Shown here: positions 20,014 through 29,747 of the stretch, piece after piece
Layout: each line of letters begins with the position of its first letter
Position numbering within the stretch: the stretch's first letter is position 1
Program-made: the position numbers and the translations under genes
Assembly (NCBI GenBank): GCA_019057795.1
Contig: JAHLWS010000081.1
Span: 1-47,769, forward strand
Reading direction: 5' to 3'
DNA: 47,769 nt
Source: Promethearchaeota archaeon
GTDB taxonomy: Archaea > Asgardarchaeota > Lokiarchaeia > Sigyniarchaeales > SOKP01
Notes under the pieces: generated by a model
Databases searched by the model: none
The model's input: only the letters and a program-made list of their open reading frames with translations
What the model was told of the DNA's origin: nothing

Positions 20014-21189
20014 ATGGAAAATAATTCAAAGATTAATTCAGAATTTAACGATGTTTCTGATAAAAAAGAAATTCGGATCGCCTTAGCTGGGCTTGGTAAT
20101 TGTGCATCTGCTTTAATTCAAGGTATTGAATTTTACAAAAACATCAAGGAAGAAGACATGTATGTTAATGGGTTGATGAACCCTAGTATTGGTGGATATC
20201 TTCCACGGCATATTAAGATAGTTGCTGCTTTTGATGTATCTACAACAAAAATCAATAAAGATGTTTCAGAGGCAATTTATGCGGAACCTAATTGCTGTCA
20301 TAAGATTGTAAATCCAGAGGAAATGCCAAAGACAGGAGCTTTATGTTACCCCGGACCAATTTCAGATGGATGTTATGTAAGTAAAGATGGAAGAATATCA
20401 ACATTTGATTATTTTAAAGTATATGATGAGAATAAAATAATGTCTGTTGATATTGCTCAAATGCTTAAAGAAAATAGGGCTGAAATTCTAATTAATTTTT
20501 TACCCGTTGGAAGTCATAACGCTTCTAGAATATACGCTCAAGCAGCACTTGATGCAGGTTGTGGATTTATAAATGGGATTCCTGAATTCATCGTGTCTGA
20601 ACAAATTGAGGGCGACAAAGATTGGGTTGCTGAATTCGAAGCTAAAGGGTTACCCTGTGCTGGTGATGATATTAAATCTCAAGTTGGTGCTACAATTGCA
20701 CATCGAGTTTTGGCTAAGATGTTTTTAGATCGGGGAGTAGTTGTAAATGATACGTATCAGTTAAATATCGGAGGTAATGGCGATTTTTATAACATGAAAT
20801 TGGAAAAGCGTTTAACCACTAAGCGAAAATCAAAGACTTCTGCAGTTGCTTCCGTTCTACCATATCCAATTAACTGCCGAATTGGTCCAAGTGATTTTGT
20901 TCCTTTTCTTGAAGATAAAAAAATTTGTTATATTAGGATAAATGGTACGACATATGGAAATTTACCGTTAGTCTTAGATGTAAAAATTAGGGTTGAGGAT
21001 TCTCCTAATTCGGCAGGAGTTATGCTAGATATAATCCGTGTTATGAAACTTGCCTTAGATAGAGGAATTTCGGGAATTTTAGAAAGTGTAAGTTCTTTTA
21101 GTTTTAAACATCCACATATTCAACCACCTTCAGATATAATTGCTAAACAATGGGTTTCAGAATTTATCGAAGGCAAACGCGAGCGCTAA
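20014..21189 (+). CDS. ino1: myo-inositol-1-phosphate synthase
   Basis: GLGNCASALIQG, GDDIKSQVGAT, QLNIGGNGDF and EDSPNSAG motifs; AGGAGG SD. Confidence 0.9.
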   Translation: MENNSKINSEFNDVSDKKEIRIALAGLGNCASALIQGIEFYKNIKEEDMYVNGLMNPSIGGYLPRHIKIVAAFDVSTTKINKDVSEAIYAEPNCCHKIVNPEEMPKTGALCYPGPISDGCYVSKDGRISTFDYFKVYDENKIMSVDIAQMLKENRAEILINFLPVGSHNASRIYAQAALDAGCGFINGIPEFIVSEQIEGDKDWVAEFEAKGLPCAGDDIKSQVGATIAHRVLAKMFLDRGVVVNDTYQLNIGGNGDFYNMKLEKRLTTKRKSKTSAVASVLPYPINCRIGPSDFVPFLEDKKICYIRINGTTYGNLPLVLDVKIRVEDSPNSAGVMLDIIRVMKLALDRGISGILESVSSFSFKHPHIQPPSDIIAKQWVSEFIEGKRER

Positions 21190-21258
21190 TCGCTTTAATT
21201 TATTTTATTTTAAAAATTATTTTTCTTAGATTATTTAATTAATAGATTATTTTTAATA

Positions 21259-22050
21259 TTGGTGCATAGTGTGGAAAGCGTTATTTTAGCAGCGGGATTT
21301 TCTTCTCGATTCAATTTTGGAGATAGTTCATTCAAAAAGTTTCTCTTACCGCTCAAGAAAACAATCATACTAAATTATGTAATTACCGGGATGTATTTTG
21401 CGGGGATTAGGAAAATTAATATTGTTGTTGATGACGCGGTTGATAAATCACAAGTCGTTAGTTGTTGTTATGATTTTGGCAAAGAAATCAATTTAGATTT
21501 TGAGGATTTAAAAATTAATTTAATTGAAAATAAGTATTCTGAAAGAGAAAATGGATATAGTTTATATTTAGGTGCAAAAGCAGTATCATCTAAAAGTTTT
21601 GTGTTATCTATGGCAGATCATATTTTTTCAGAAAACATCTACACTGAACTTTTATCTAATTATAACAACGATGATATAATCTTAGCTACAGATCCTATGA
21701 GCATTAAAGGAATTTACGATTTAGAGGATTGTACTAAAGTTTATGGCGAAAATTTCTACATAAAGAAGATAGGAAAGCAAATCAGTAATTATAATAGACT
21801 AGATATGGGTGTTTTTATTATGAAAACTGATATAGTTCAAGAAACTTCACAAAGTATTGAAAAAAGTCGTGAAAAGTTTGGAGTTTCAGATATAGTTATT
21901 TCTGCTATTAATTTAAATTTAAAAGTTTCTTATTTTGATTTTCCTAATACAATTTGGGTTGATGTAGATAATGACTTTGAATATGAAAAGCTAAAGAGAA
22001 ATTTTGGCGAATCAAACCAATTCAAACCTTTTAATTTGGATATTTTTTAA
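21259..22050 (+). CDS. NTP transferase, CTP:inositol-1-phosphate cytidylyltransferase (IPCT)-like
   Basis: ILAAGFSSRF, ENGYSL, MADHIF, EDCTKV, IGK and WVDVD motifs; directly downstream of ino1. Confidence 0.75.
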   Translation: MVHSVESVILAAGFSSRFNFGDSSFKKFLLPLKKTIILNYVITGMYFAGIRKINIVVDDAVDKSQVVSCCYDFGKEINLDFEDLKINLIENKYSERENGYSLYLGAKAVSSKSFVLSMADHIFSENIYTELLSNYNNDDIILATDPMSIKGIYDLEDCTKVYGENFYIKKIGKQISNYNRLDMGVFIMKTDIVQETSQSIEKSREKFGVSDIVISAINLNLKVSYFDFPNTIWVDVDNDFEYEKLKRNFGESNQFKPFNLDIF

Positions 22051-22061
22051 TATTCTTACTA

Positions 22062-23288
22062 TTAAATGATTTTTAAAAATTTTAATAATCGTTCAGTAGA
22101 ATTTCCATCAATATTTTTGTGATATAATCTCCTTGTTTTTAACCTTCTCTCTTCAAAGTCTTTTTCGATATTATGAACATTTTTTATCGCTTTAATCAAT
22201 TCTTTTCCCGTGAATAATAACGGTCCAGGAGCAATTTGTTTAAAGTCATAATAAAATCCACGCCCCTTTTTCATAAATTCCTCAAAATCGTATGTAAATA
22301 ATAAGATTGGTTTGTTTAATAATAGAAAATCGCAATAAACTGAAGAATAATCCGTAATTAAAATATCTGTTATACATAATAATTCTTGAATATCAGTATT
22401 TTTTGACGCTTTTTTGATATTCGAATAATTCTTAAATTCAATAATTTGTTCAAACATATGTGCTTTCATAATTAATATTGAATTAGAACTCTTTAAAACA
22501 TCATTTAATTCAATTAATTCCTCCTGATTAAACGGTAATTTAGCGGTAAATGAGTTATCTCGGAAAGTTGGTGCGTATAATAAGATTCTTTTAAAATTCT
22601 TAGCTATTTTGTATTTTTTTCTAATTTGAGTTTTTAGTTCTAAATCTTTAGAAAATAAGATATCATTTCTGGGATAGCCAGTGGTAAGTATTTTTTTAGG
22701 CGATATCTGAAAATAATTTACAATAAGCTTTTTATCTTTTTTGGTGCCTGAAGGAGTAACAAAATAATCAATAAAATTTTCATTCACAATCTTCAATTTA
22801 AGATATTTTGCTAGTTTACCATACTTAATAGGGCCATGGGCCGAGCTATTTCTTTTATTTTGCACACCATGCCAAGTACAAACAAAGATAGTATTAGGAG
22901 AAAAATCAATAGGTAATACATCAAATACACCATGAGTACTGAAAATGAATTTCGCCTTTCTTAATAGCTTAATCGTATTTAGATCAAATTTATAAACTAC
23001 CTGATATCCTTTAGCTTTAAGCTCCTCTAATAAATTACGAGAATTTGTTATCCACATTACTTTATATTCAGTATTTTTAACTAAATATTGAAAAATATAT
23101 TTTGTATTATCTATAAATGCCTTTCCTCCATATGCACTCAATAAAATCAAGTTTGCATCGACTTTATTACTAAACAACTTTGAAATTGTTTTAATAACTA
23201 ATGAATATCCAATTTCTTGGGTAAATTGATATAATTTCGTTGATTTTAAAAATGTGAACTTATTAAGAATTTTATTAAAAATATTCAT
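22062..23288 (-). CDS. CDP-glycerol glycerophosphotransferase (TagB/TagF) family protein
   Basis: TWHG, GYPRND, LYAPTFRD and LITDYSSV motifs. Confidence 0.9.
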   Translation of the reverse strand: MNIFNKILNKFTFLKSTKLYQFTQEIGYSLVIKTISKLFSNKVDANLILLSAYGGKAFIDNTKYIFQYLVKNTEYKVMWITNSRNLLEELKAKGYQVVYKFDLNTIKLLRKAKFIFSTHGVFDVLPIDFSPNTIFVCTWHGVQNKRNSSAHGPIKYGKLAKYLKLKIVNENFIDYFVTPSGTKKDKKLIVNYFQISPKKILTTGYPRNDILFSKDLELKTQIRKKYKIAKNFKRILLYAPTFRDNSFTAKLPFNQEELIELNDVLKSSNSILIMKAHMFEQIIEFKNYSNIKKASKNTDIQELLCITDILITDYSSVYCDFLLLNKPILLFTYDFEEFMKKGRGFYYDFKQIAPGPLLFTGKELIKAIKNVHNIEKDFEERRLKTRRLYHKNIDGNSTERLLKFLKII

Positions 23289-23314
23289 TTCTTCAATCCT
23301 CCTTATTCCCTTCT

Positions 23315-24505
23315 TTAAAATAGAATTTGTTTAATTAAGTTCGAAAACTCGTCTTTACTTCTTTCTATGGAAAATTGACTAAAAATCTCTTTAATGTCAT
23401 TATCAGTAATTTTATGAGACCATTTTATCATATAGTTTATCGCTTCTATCCATAAAGATAATTTTAAGGGAACTACCTTAAGAAAATCTGTTTTAATGAA
23501 AAAAGAATTTGCTCCACAATTGGGCGAAGATATCACGGGAGTTTTATTTACAAAACTTTCTATGATAATTCTTCCAAATGCTTCCGTGCAAAATGTAGGA
23601 ACTAAAGTTAATTGAGAACTTTGATATAATTTGTTTAATTCTCTTTTACTAATTTGATCATAGTTAATAATTTTGTTATCAACCTTCTCAAATTTAGCAG
23701 TAGGTATCTTGCTTCCTACAACAACAATTTTATAATCTTTTGGAACGAACCGGGATAATTTTAAAACAAAATCTAATCCTTTATGTGAAGCGTTGAATTT
23801 TGGGATTACAAATAATAACTGATTTTTCTTTTCTGAGGATTCTAGAGGTGAATAGTTTTTTATTGGAGTAATATTTGCTACCTTGATTTTTTTTGAGTCT
23901 ACATTGTTTGATAAAATCTTCCTCATTAATTCTGAAGCAACCAAATTTACCGTTGCTTTATTTATTAGAAACAAATTAATTTGGCAAACGAAATATCGAA
24001 ATTTATAAATTATCGTAGAAATATCTGAGCTTAGGGAATATTGCCATCCTTGGACTTTATTTCCAATTAATACCCTTAGCGATCTCCAATAATTAATACA
24101 ATTATTACATGTTTTTTTGTTTTTTAATCCCGGGCATGCTTTTCCATATCCAATTATATCAACATGTTTAGGACACACATCAGAAGTATCGCGTACAATA
24201 CTAATTATGGGTATTTTTTTAATATTAGCAGAAGCAATAGCAGGAAAGGTAATTCTGCTCTGAGTTATTATAATATTTGGTTTAAATTTATTTATTATTT
24301 TTAATATTTTTGGTATAAAAACAAAATAACCTACGCCTAAAGGATTTAAGAATTTTTTAATTAACTTATTTGTATTAAGCGCCAAGATTTTAAGTTGAAA
24401 CTCTTTATTTTCTTTTAATCCATTGAAAATATTTAAAAAGCTTTTGGCAGCACCCCCAGCTGAAGTTTTCTCATAAGGGACAGTTACCACTAGAATTTTG
24501 ATCAT
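23315..24505 (-). CDS. GT4 glycosyltransferase with Cys-rich insert
   Basis: GGA N-terminal loop, HKG, EAFGRIIIES; CP..C..CNNC insert. Confidence 0.8.
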   Translation of the reverse strand: MIKILVVTVPYEKTSAGGAAKSFLNIFNGLKENKEFQLKILALNTNKLIKKFLNPLGVGYFVFIPKILKIINKFKPNIIITQSRITFPAIASANIKKIPIISIVRDTSDVCPKHVDIIGYGKACPGLKNKKTCNNCINYWRSLRVLIGNKVQGWQYSLSSDISTIIYKFRYFVCQINLFLINKATVNLVASELMRKILSNNVDSKKIKVANITPIKNYSPLESSEKKNQLLFVIPKFNASHKGLDFVLKLSRFVPKDYKIVVVGSKIPTAKFEKVDNKIINYDQISKRELNKLYQSSQLTLVPTFCTEAFGRIIIESFVNKTPVISSPNCGANSFFIKTDFLKVVPLKLSLWIEAINYMIKWSHKITDNDIKEIFSQFSIERSKDEFSNLIKQILF

Positions 24506-24767
24506 TTTTTACTACAAGTTTTGTACAATTGTTTAAAATTTTAATTTGAATTTAGTATTTAATTAAGGTATAGAGTGATTGGAAATTGTTAAATATTTTT
24601 ATAACATAAATTCAACCCCTTGCATTATAGATTTATAAAAATAATGTAAACATAAAATCAATCAATTTTAAATTTCAGTTATTCAGAGTTTAACTTAATA
24701 TTAAGATCAGCCTAAAATTTTAATAATTAACTTAAAATCCAATAGTTAATTAATTCTAATTAATATC

Positions 24768-25919
24768 ATGATTGATTTAATACCGCTTGAAAAAGTAATT
24801 AAAGAAAATCCCCGAGTTGAAGAACTTGAAAAACAGGGATATATAATAAAGCCGGAAAAAATTGACAGTTATTTAGAAGATTTTAAAGGGCGAACTACAA
24901 CTTTACCAAATAAAGAATATTGGAATGAAAAGATAGTCTTAATAACGGGCATTAGCGGTTTTGCGGGAAGCCATTTAGCTGAACAATTATTAGATCTAGG
25001 CTGTGAAGTACATGGTACAATCCGTAGGCACGCAGTTCCTATGTATGAAAATATTGAACATTTAAGGGGTAATATATTTCTTCATGAAGCGGATATTACT
25101 AGCGCTGAAAGAATTTTATCTATCTTTGAAGAAATACAACCTAACGCAGTATTTCATCTCGCTGCTGAGTCTTTTGTTCCAACTTCATTTCGAGAACCCG
25201 TTAGAGTTACACATAATAACATAATAGGCACCATTAAATTGTTTGAAGCAGCGCGTAGATTCAATTCGGGACTAGAGAGTTTACAAGTTGCGTGTAGTAG
25301 CGAACAATATGGGTTAGTGGATCCTAGAGAAGTACCAGTAACAGAAGATTTAAAGAAAAATCCCTTCCGACCGAGAAGTGTTTATGGAATATCAAAATGT
25401 GCCACTGAACAAATAGCATGGTTATATCATAATTCGTATGGAGTACCGAGTATCATTTCTCGTGGCTTTAATCACGAGGGTCCTAGAAGGGGGATTCAAT
25501 TTGTCACTAGCGTAATCCATAGACAAATTGTAGAAATTTTAGAAAATAAAAGGGATAAATTTGTTATTGGAAACCCCAACGCTATTAGAGATTTTACACA
25601 CGTTAAAGATACAGTTAATGCTTACATTATACTTAGTGAGAAAAAGAAATTTGGAGAACCATTTAATGTGTGTTCAGGAAAAGGAATAACAGTCGCTGAC
25701 TATGTTAAATTAGCGAAGAAAATCTACAATATCGACGCAGATGTGTTTATAGACCCTCAACGTATGCGACCTAGCGAAGTTCCCTTATTAATTGGCCTGA
25801 ACGATAAGATATTTAGCGAAACAGGCTGGAAACCGGTAAGATCAATAGTAGAAATTATAAAAGAAGGAGTAGAATACTTCCAAGCTCATCCAGAAATGCT
25901 TGGAATCGAAGCTCATTAA
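24768..25919 (+). CDS. gmd: GDP-mannose 4,6-dehydratase family protein
   Basis: ITGISGFAGSHL, HLAAESFV, SSEQYG, YGISK, FNHEGPRRG and RPSEV motifs. Confidence 0.75.
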   Translation: MIDLIPLEKVIKENPRVEELEKQGYIIKPEKIDSYLEDFKGRTTTLPNKEYWNEKIVLITGISGFAGSHLAEQLLDLGCEVHGTIRRHAVPMYENIEHLRGNIFLHEADITSAERILSIFEEIQPNAVFHLAAESFVPTSFREPVRVTHNNIIGTIKLFEAARRFNSGLESLQVACSSEQYGLVDPREVPVTEDLKKNPFRPRSVYGISKCATEQIAWLYHNSYGVPSIISRGFNHEGPRRGIQFVTSVIHRQIVEILENKRDKFVIGNPNAIRDFTHVKDTVNAYIILSEKKKFGEPFNVCSGKGITVADYVKLAKKIYNIDADVFIDPQRMRPSEVPLLIGLNDKIFSETGWKPVRSIVEIIKEGVEYFQAHPEMLGIEAH

Positions 25920-26023
25920 TTATTATCTAATTTTTTATAAATTCGTATTTTGAGGGTTTTACATTAATCCTTTTTTTACATCTTTCTTTTACAGTATTTA
26001 AAATTAGAAAAAATAAGATAAAA

Positions 26024-26749
26024 TTATAAGTTCAATACATTTTTTTGAATTTTAATTAATTCCATTATACCCCTTTCTCCGACTTCGATTATATCGTTTA
26101 ATTTCTCCTTGTTAAACGGTAATCCTTCCGCAGTTCCTTGAATTTCGATCAATTCTAAATCTTCGTTTGCTACTAAGTTAAAATCAACGTCTACTTTAGA
26201 GTCTTCTTCGTAATTTAGGTCTAAAAGAATTTTGTTGTTCTTAAGACCAAGCGATATACCTGCAGTGACCTTGTAATCGGGAAATTCGTATATTCTTTGT
26301 TCGTTGTATAAGTAATTGATGGCGTCAAAAACGGCAACAAAAGCTCCTGTGATCGAGGCACATCTTGTACCACCATCGGCTTGTATGACATCGCAATCAA
26401 TTCTAATCGTACGTTCACCAATTTTGTCGTAATTGAATGCGGCTCTCATACTCCTCCCTATTAAACGCTGTATTTCGTGAGTTCTACCCTTTACCCTTCT
26501 CTCTCTTTCTCTTGAGTTTCTATTTTGAGTTGCTCTTGGCAACATATTATATTCTGCGGTTATCCAACCCGTTCCTGTATCTACCAAAAATCTCGGAACA
26601 TTTTCCAGAACGGAGGCAGTAACGATTACTTTTGTGTTTCCTTGAGTGATTAACACGGAACCTTCGGGGTACTTTAAAAAGTTCCGTTCGATAGTTGTTT
26701 TCCTAATTTCATCAAGAGTTCTTCCGTCAAGTCTTACATTTCCAAGCAT
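26024..26749 (-). CDS. rph: ribonuclease PH (bacterial type)
   Basis: R.DGR, GWITAEYNMLPRAT, GRTHEIQRLIGRS, DCDVIQADGGTR and EIQGTAEG motifs. Confidence 0.9.
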   Translation of the reverse strand: MLGNVRLDGRTLDEIRKTTIERNFLKYPEGSVLITQGNTKVIVTASVLENVPRFLVDTGTGWITAEYNMLPRATQNRNSRERERRVKGRTHEIQRLIGRSMRAAFNYDKIGERTIRIDCDVIQADGGTRCASITGAFVAVFDAINYLYNEQRIYEFPDYKVTAGISLGLKNNKILLDLNYEEDSKVDVDFNLVANEDLELIEIQGTAEGLPFNKEKLNDIIEVGERGIMELIKIQKNVLNL

Positions 26750-26898
26750 TTAAATAAAACCAGATTTTTCTCAATTGTATTTTTTGATATATGAAATGAG
26801 TTTAAAAATTATTTTCTACACTTAATGAAAAAAAAAAATGATTAAAATACTTTTAGAAAAGCAAAGAGAAATAAAAGATTGGTATTCTTATACGAATT

Positions 26899-28008
26899 TT
26901 ATTTAAGAGGGTACGTTCCTAAGATTTTTTGCCAAATAACGCTTGATTTCATTTGCTCGAGCGCTTTTTTCGCTTTAGGATCGTTTTTGTCAGCTTCAAA
27001 ATCCATAAAGAAGATGTATTCCCACCTTCCTTTTTTTCTTGGTCTAGACTCGATTTTTGACAAATTGATCTCAGCGTCTGAAAATATTTTTAAAACCCAA
27101 TATAAAGCTCCAGGTATGTGTTTAGTTACAAACACGATTGATGTTTTCATTTTTTCAGCTTTTAATGGATTTTCTAATTTAGAAATAATTAAAAATCTTG
27201 TAAAGTTAGAAGGGTCATCTTCTATATTCGAGTTCAGAACTTTCAAATCGTATATACTCGCAGCAAAATCAGTGCCAATCGCCGCATAAGATTTATCTGC
27301 TAACTTTTTAATTCTTCGCATAGCTTCGGCAGTTGAGCTAATATCCATTAAATTTGCATTTGGTAAGTTGCTTTTTAGCCACGATTTGGCTTGAGCAAAC
27401 GCTTGGGGGTGTGAAAAAATGTTTTTTATGAGAGAAATTTCTGATTCTTTTAAGCCTATTAAATTCTGGATGACTCTCAACTCGACTTCTCCGTGAATAA
27501 ACAGTTCCTTTTCAATAAATAAATCGAGCGTCTCTCGCACGGTTCCATAAAAGCTATTTTCAATCGGGACAATCCCGTAATCTAATATATCTTTTTCAAC
27601 ATTATCAAAGATCTCTGAAGTTGAGTTGCACGGAATGAATTGTGTTCCAGCTTTAGCAAAAGACTCAAGGGCTGCCTGGTGCGTGAAAGTGCCCATTGGG
27701 CCTAAATATCCGACTTTAGTAACTGTGTCTTGAATAGCCTTACTTGCACTAATAATTTCTTTCCAGATGGCTTCCATACTTTCTTTTTCGAATATTGTTG
27801 ATTTATTTTTGATTCTCTCGATTATTTCCATTTCCCTTTTGGGTTGAATTATTTCTAAATTCAGATCTTTCTTTAAATTTCCAATTTTAATTACGATGTT
27901 TCCTCTTTTATTCAACAGATCAACGATTTGATCGTCAATTTCGTTAATTCTTTTTCTGGTCTCTTCTAAATCTTCTTTATAATTCTGCTCTTTCCTCAAA
28001 TTAATCAC
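26899..28008 (-). CDS. pheA: bifunctional chorismate mutase/prephenate dehydratase with ACT domain
   Basis: AroQ N-terminus (R..I..ID), YLGPMGTF, PIENS, SHPQA, NFTRF and ESRP motifs. Confidence 0.92.
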   Translation of the reverse strand: MINLRKEQNYKEDLEETRKRINEIDDQIVDLLNKRGNIVIKIGNLKKDLNLEIIQPKREMEIIERIKNKSTIFEKESMEAIWKEIISASKAIQDTVTKVGYLGPMGTFTHQAALESFAKAGTQFIPCNSTSEIFDNVEKDILDYGIVPIENSFYGTVRETLDLFIEKELFIHGEVELRVIQNLIGLKESEISLIKNIFSHPQAFAQAKSWLKSNLPNANLMDISSTAEAMRRIKKLADKSYAAIGTDFAASIYDLKVLNSNIEDDPSNFTRFLIISKLENPLKAEKMKTSIVFVTKHIPGALYWVLKIFSDAEINLSKIESRPRKKGRWEYIFFMDFEADKNDPKAKKALEQMKSSVIWQKILGTYPLK

Positions 28009-28054
28009 ACTATAATTATAATAATTATTAAATAAGTATTTACAAAATAAATAA

Positions 28055-29731
28055 TTACAAAAGTTTTTGCAAATTTAATTCTAATCCGGCAACGGGGAAC
28101 TCCAGTTTAAAGTTTAACAATACTTCTGGATGGATTTCTCCAATCTCTCCAACTTTTTTACCATTTACATAGATATCTCCATAACGACCGCTAATATAGC
28201 TAGGGTTCTTCCCGGGCTTAATTTCATATTTATCATAAAGCCCAAGAGCAGTCATTATGAAATCTAAAGTCGACCTTATTTCTGTAAAATCAGCGTCTTC
28301 GTGGTACGATGTCGCTGAAAGGTGAATTTCTCTTTTTGCGCCGGTTTCTTCTTCTTTCGAAAGTAAAACGACATCTCCAACTTCAAAAATTCTAATTGGT
28401 TTCTCTTCGGATCTGTTAAATCGTATCGTTTCCATTAATTTAGGCAGTATTGAAGTTCGCGTGGTATCGTATTCTTTTGATACAGGGTTAGCAATATGAA
28501 TTAATTTGGATTCATCAATTTTTTTTTTCATATAATCGAATTGTTTTTCAGAATTTGATAAAATGAAATTAAGAACTTCTAAATATCCTGCTCCAACCAT
28601 AATTCTTCTTATTTTATTAGAGAACGATTGAATAGGGTGATATTCTCCTACGCATCCTTCTCGAATGGTTTTTGGTAAATTAAAATAACCATAACCGATC
28701 GCAACTTCTTCAGTGAAATCAACTGGATGCATTATGTCACCTCGAAAGGCAGGAACATAAATGTCTAAATATCCTTTTTTCTTGGATCTTTTAGCCTCCA
28801 TCCTACATTTTTGAAAACACTTAATCATTTCAGCGATTGATAAATTCAGACCAATGTAATCGTTAATGTAGTCAATTTCAACTTCCCATTTTTTTGAATC
28901 TAAATTTGGGGTATTAATTTCTTTTTCTCCTTCATAATTTACTTTAACACTTTCAATTTTCGCTCCCATGTCTGATAAAGTCGTAGATAAGATGTTTAAA
29001 GCAAGATTTACGGCGTTAAAATCGGTACCAGTCAAATCTAAGAATAGATTTTTCGTTTCTTCAGTTACAGTTGTAAGAACTCCGTTTATTATTGGAGGAA
29101 ACGAAAGAACTTCGTTATTGCTATCAAAAATTACTGGGTAAACTTCTTTCCCTTCTAAAATGGGAGCGTATTCAATGCCTTTATCGTGAAGCAGTAAAAT
29201 TTCTTCTAAGTTCATGGAATACCCATCTCCATGCAAAGGCGTAAAACTTACTGAATCTGGTTCCACGGCAGTATATCTGTATGGGGGTTTTACTTTGTCT
29301 AAGTCGTGTACTCCAATCGCAACTTTCTTTCTATCTCTTCCAATGGCCCAGTGAAGGTGCTCTTGAATGGTCATTAAGGTAGCTACCTCGTCCTCATCTA
29401 AATCAATATCCCGAATTATTCCACATACTATGTAAGGTCTTACTTTTTTTACGCTAGGGTCTACATTCATCACAATATCACTTGGTGTTATGTCGAATGA
29501 AGGTACACCTAGTTCAATTTCGTAATAACCTTTAAGAGTCCTCGCTATACCTTCTGGACTAGAGAAATCAGGTCGGTTTGGATTATACTCAACTTTAACT
29601 TTTTGTTCTTCCTCGTTAATATCTTCCAAATCTAAACCTATCCACTGCAAATCGTACTCTAATTCTTTTAGATCTAATTTTTTTCCAACTAATCTTTCGA
29701 GTCTTTCAATTTTTAATTCGAGTGTTGGTAT
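28055..29731 (-). CDS. pheT: phenylalanyl-tRNA synthetase beta subunit (archaeal type), ATA start
   Basis: NRPD, AIGVHD, LSFPPIIN and GEIHP motifs; frame extends to ATA CCA ACA (matching the usual MPT N-terminus) 6 nt after GAGGTGA. Confidence 0.92.
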   Translation of the reverse strand: MPTLELKIERLERLVGKKLDLKELEYDLQWIGLDLEDINEEEQKVKVEYNPNRPDFSSPEGIARTLKGYYEIELGVPSFDITPSDIVMNVDPSVKKVRPYIVCGIIRDIDLDEDEVATLMTIQEHLHWAIGRDRKKVAIGVHDLDKVKPPYRYTAVEPDSVSFTPLHGDGYSMNLEEILLLHDKGIEYAPILEGKEVYPVIFDSNNEVLSFPPIINGVLTTVTEETKNLFLDLTGTDFNAVNLALNILSTTLSDMGAKIESVKVNYEGEKEINTPNLDSKKWEVEIDYINDYIGLNLSIAEMIKCFQKCRMEAKRSKKKGYLDIYVPAFRGDIMHPVDFTEEVAIGYGYFNLPKTIREGCVGEYHPIQSFSNKIRRIMVGAGYLEVLNFILSNSEKQFDYMKKKIDESKLIHIANPVSKEYDTTRTSILPKLMETIRFNRSEEKPIRIFEVGDVVLLSKEEETGAKREIHLSATSYHEDADFTEIRSTLDFIMTALGLYDKYEIKPGKNPSYISGRYGDIYVNGKKVGEIGEIHPEVLLNFKLEFPVAGLELNLQKLL

Positions 29732-29747
29732 TTTTTTTCACCTCTTT

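Noticed and set aside
21259-22050. Di-myo-inositol phosphate compatible-solute pathway
   Set aside because: No DIPP synthase domain or gene in the window; it cannot be excluded elsewhere in the genome
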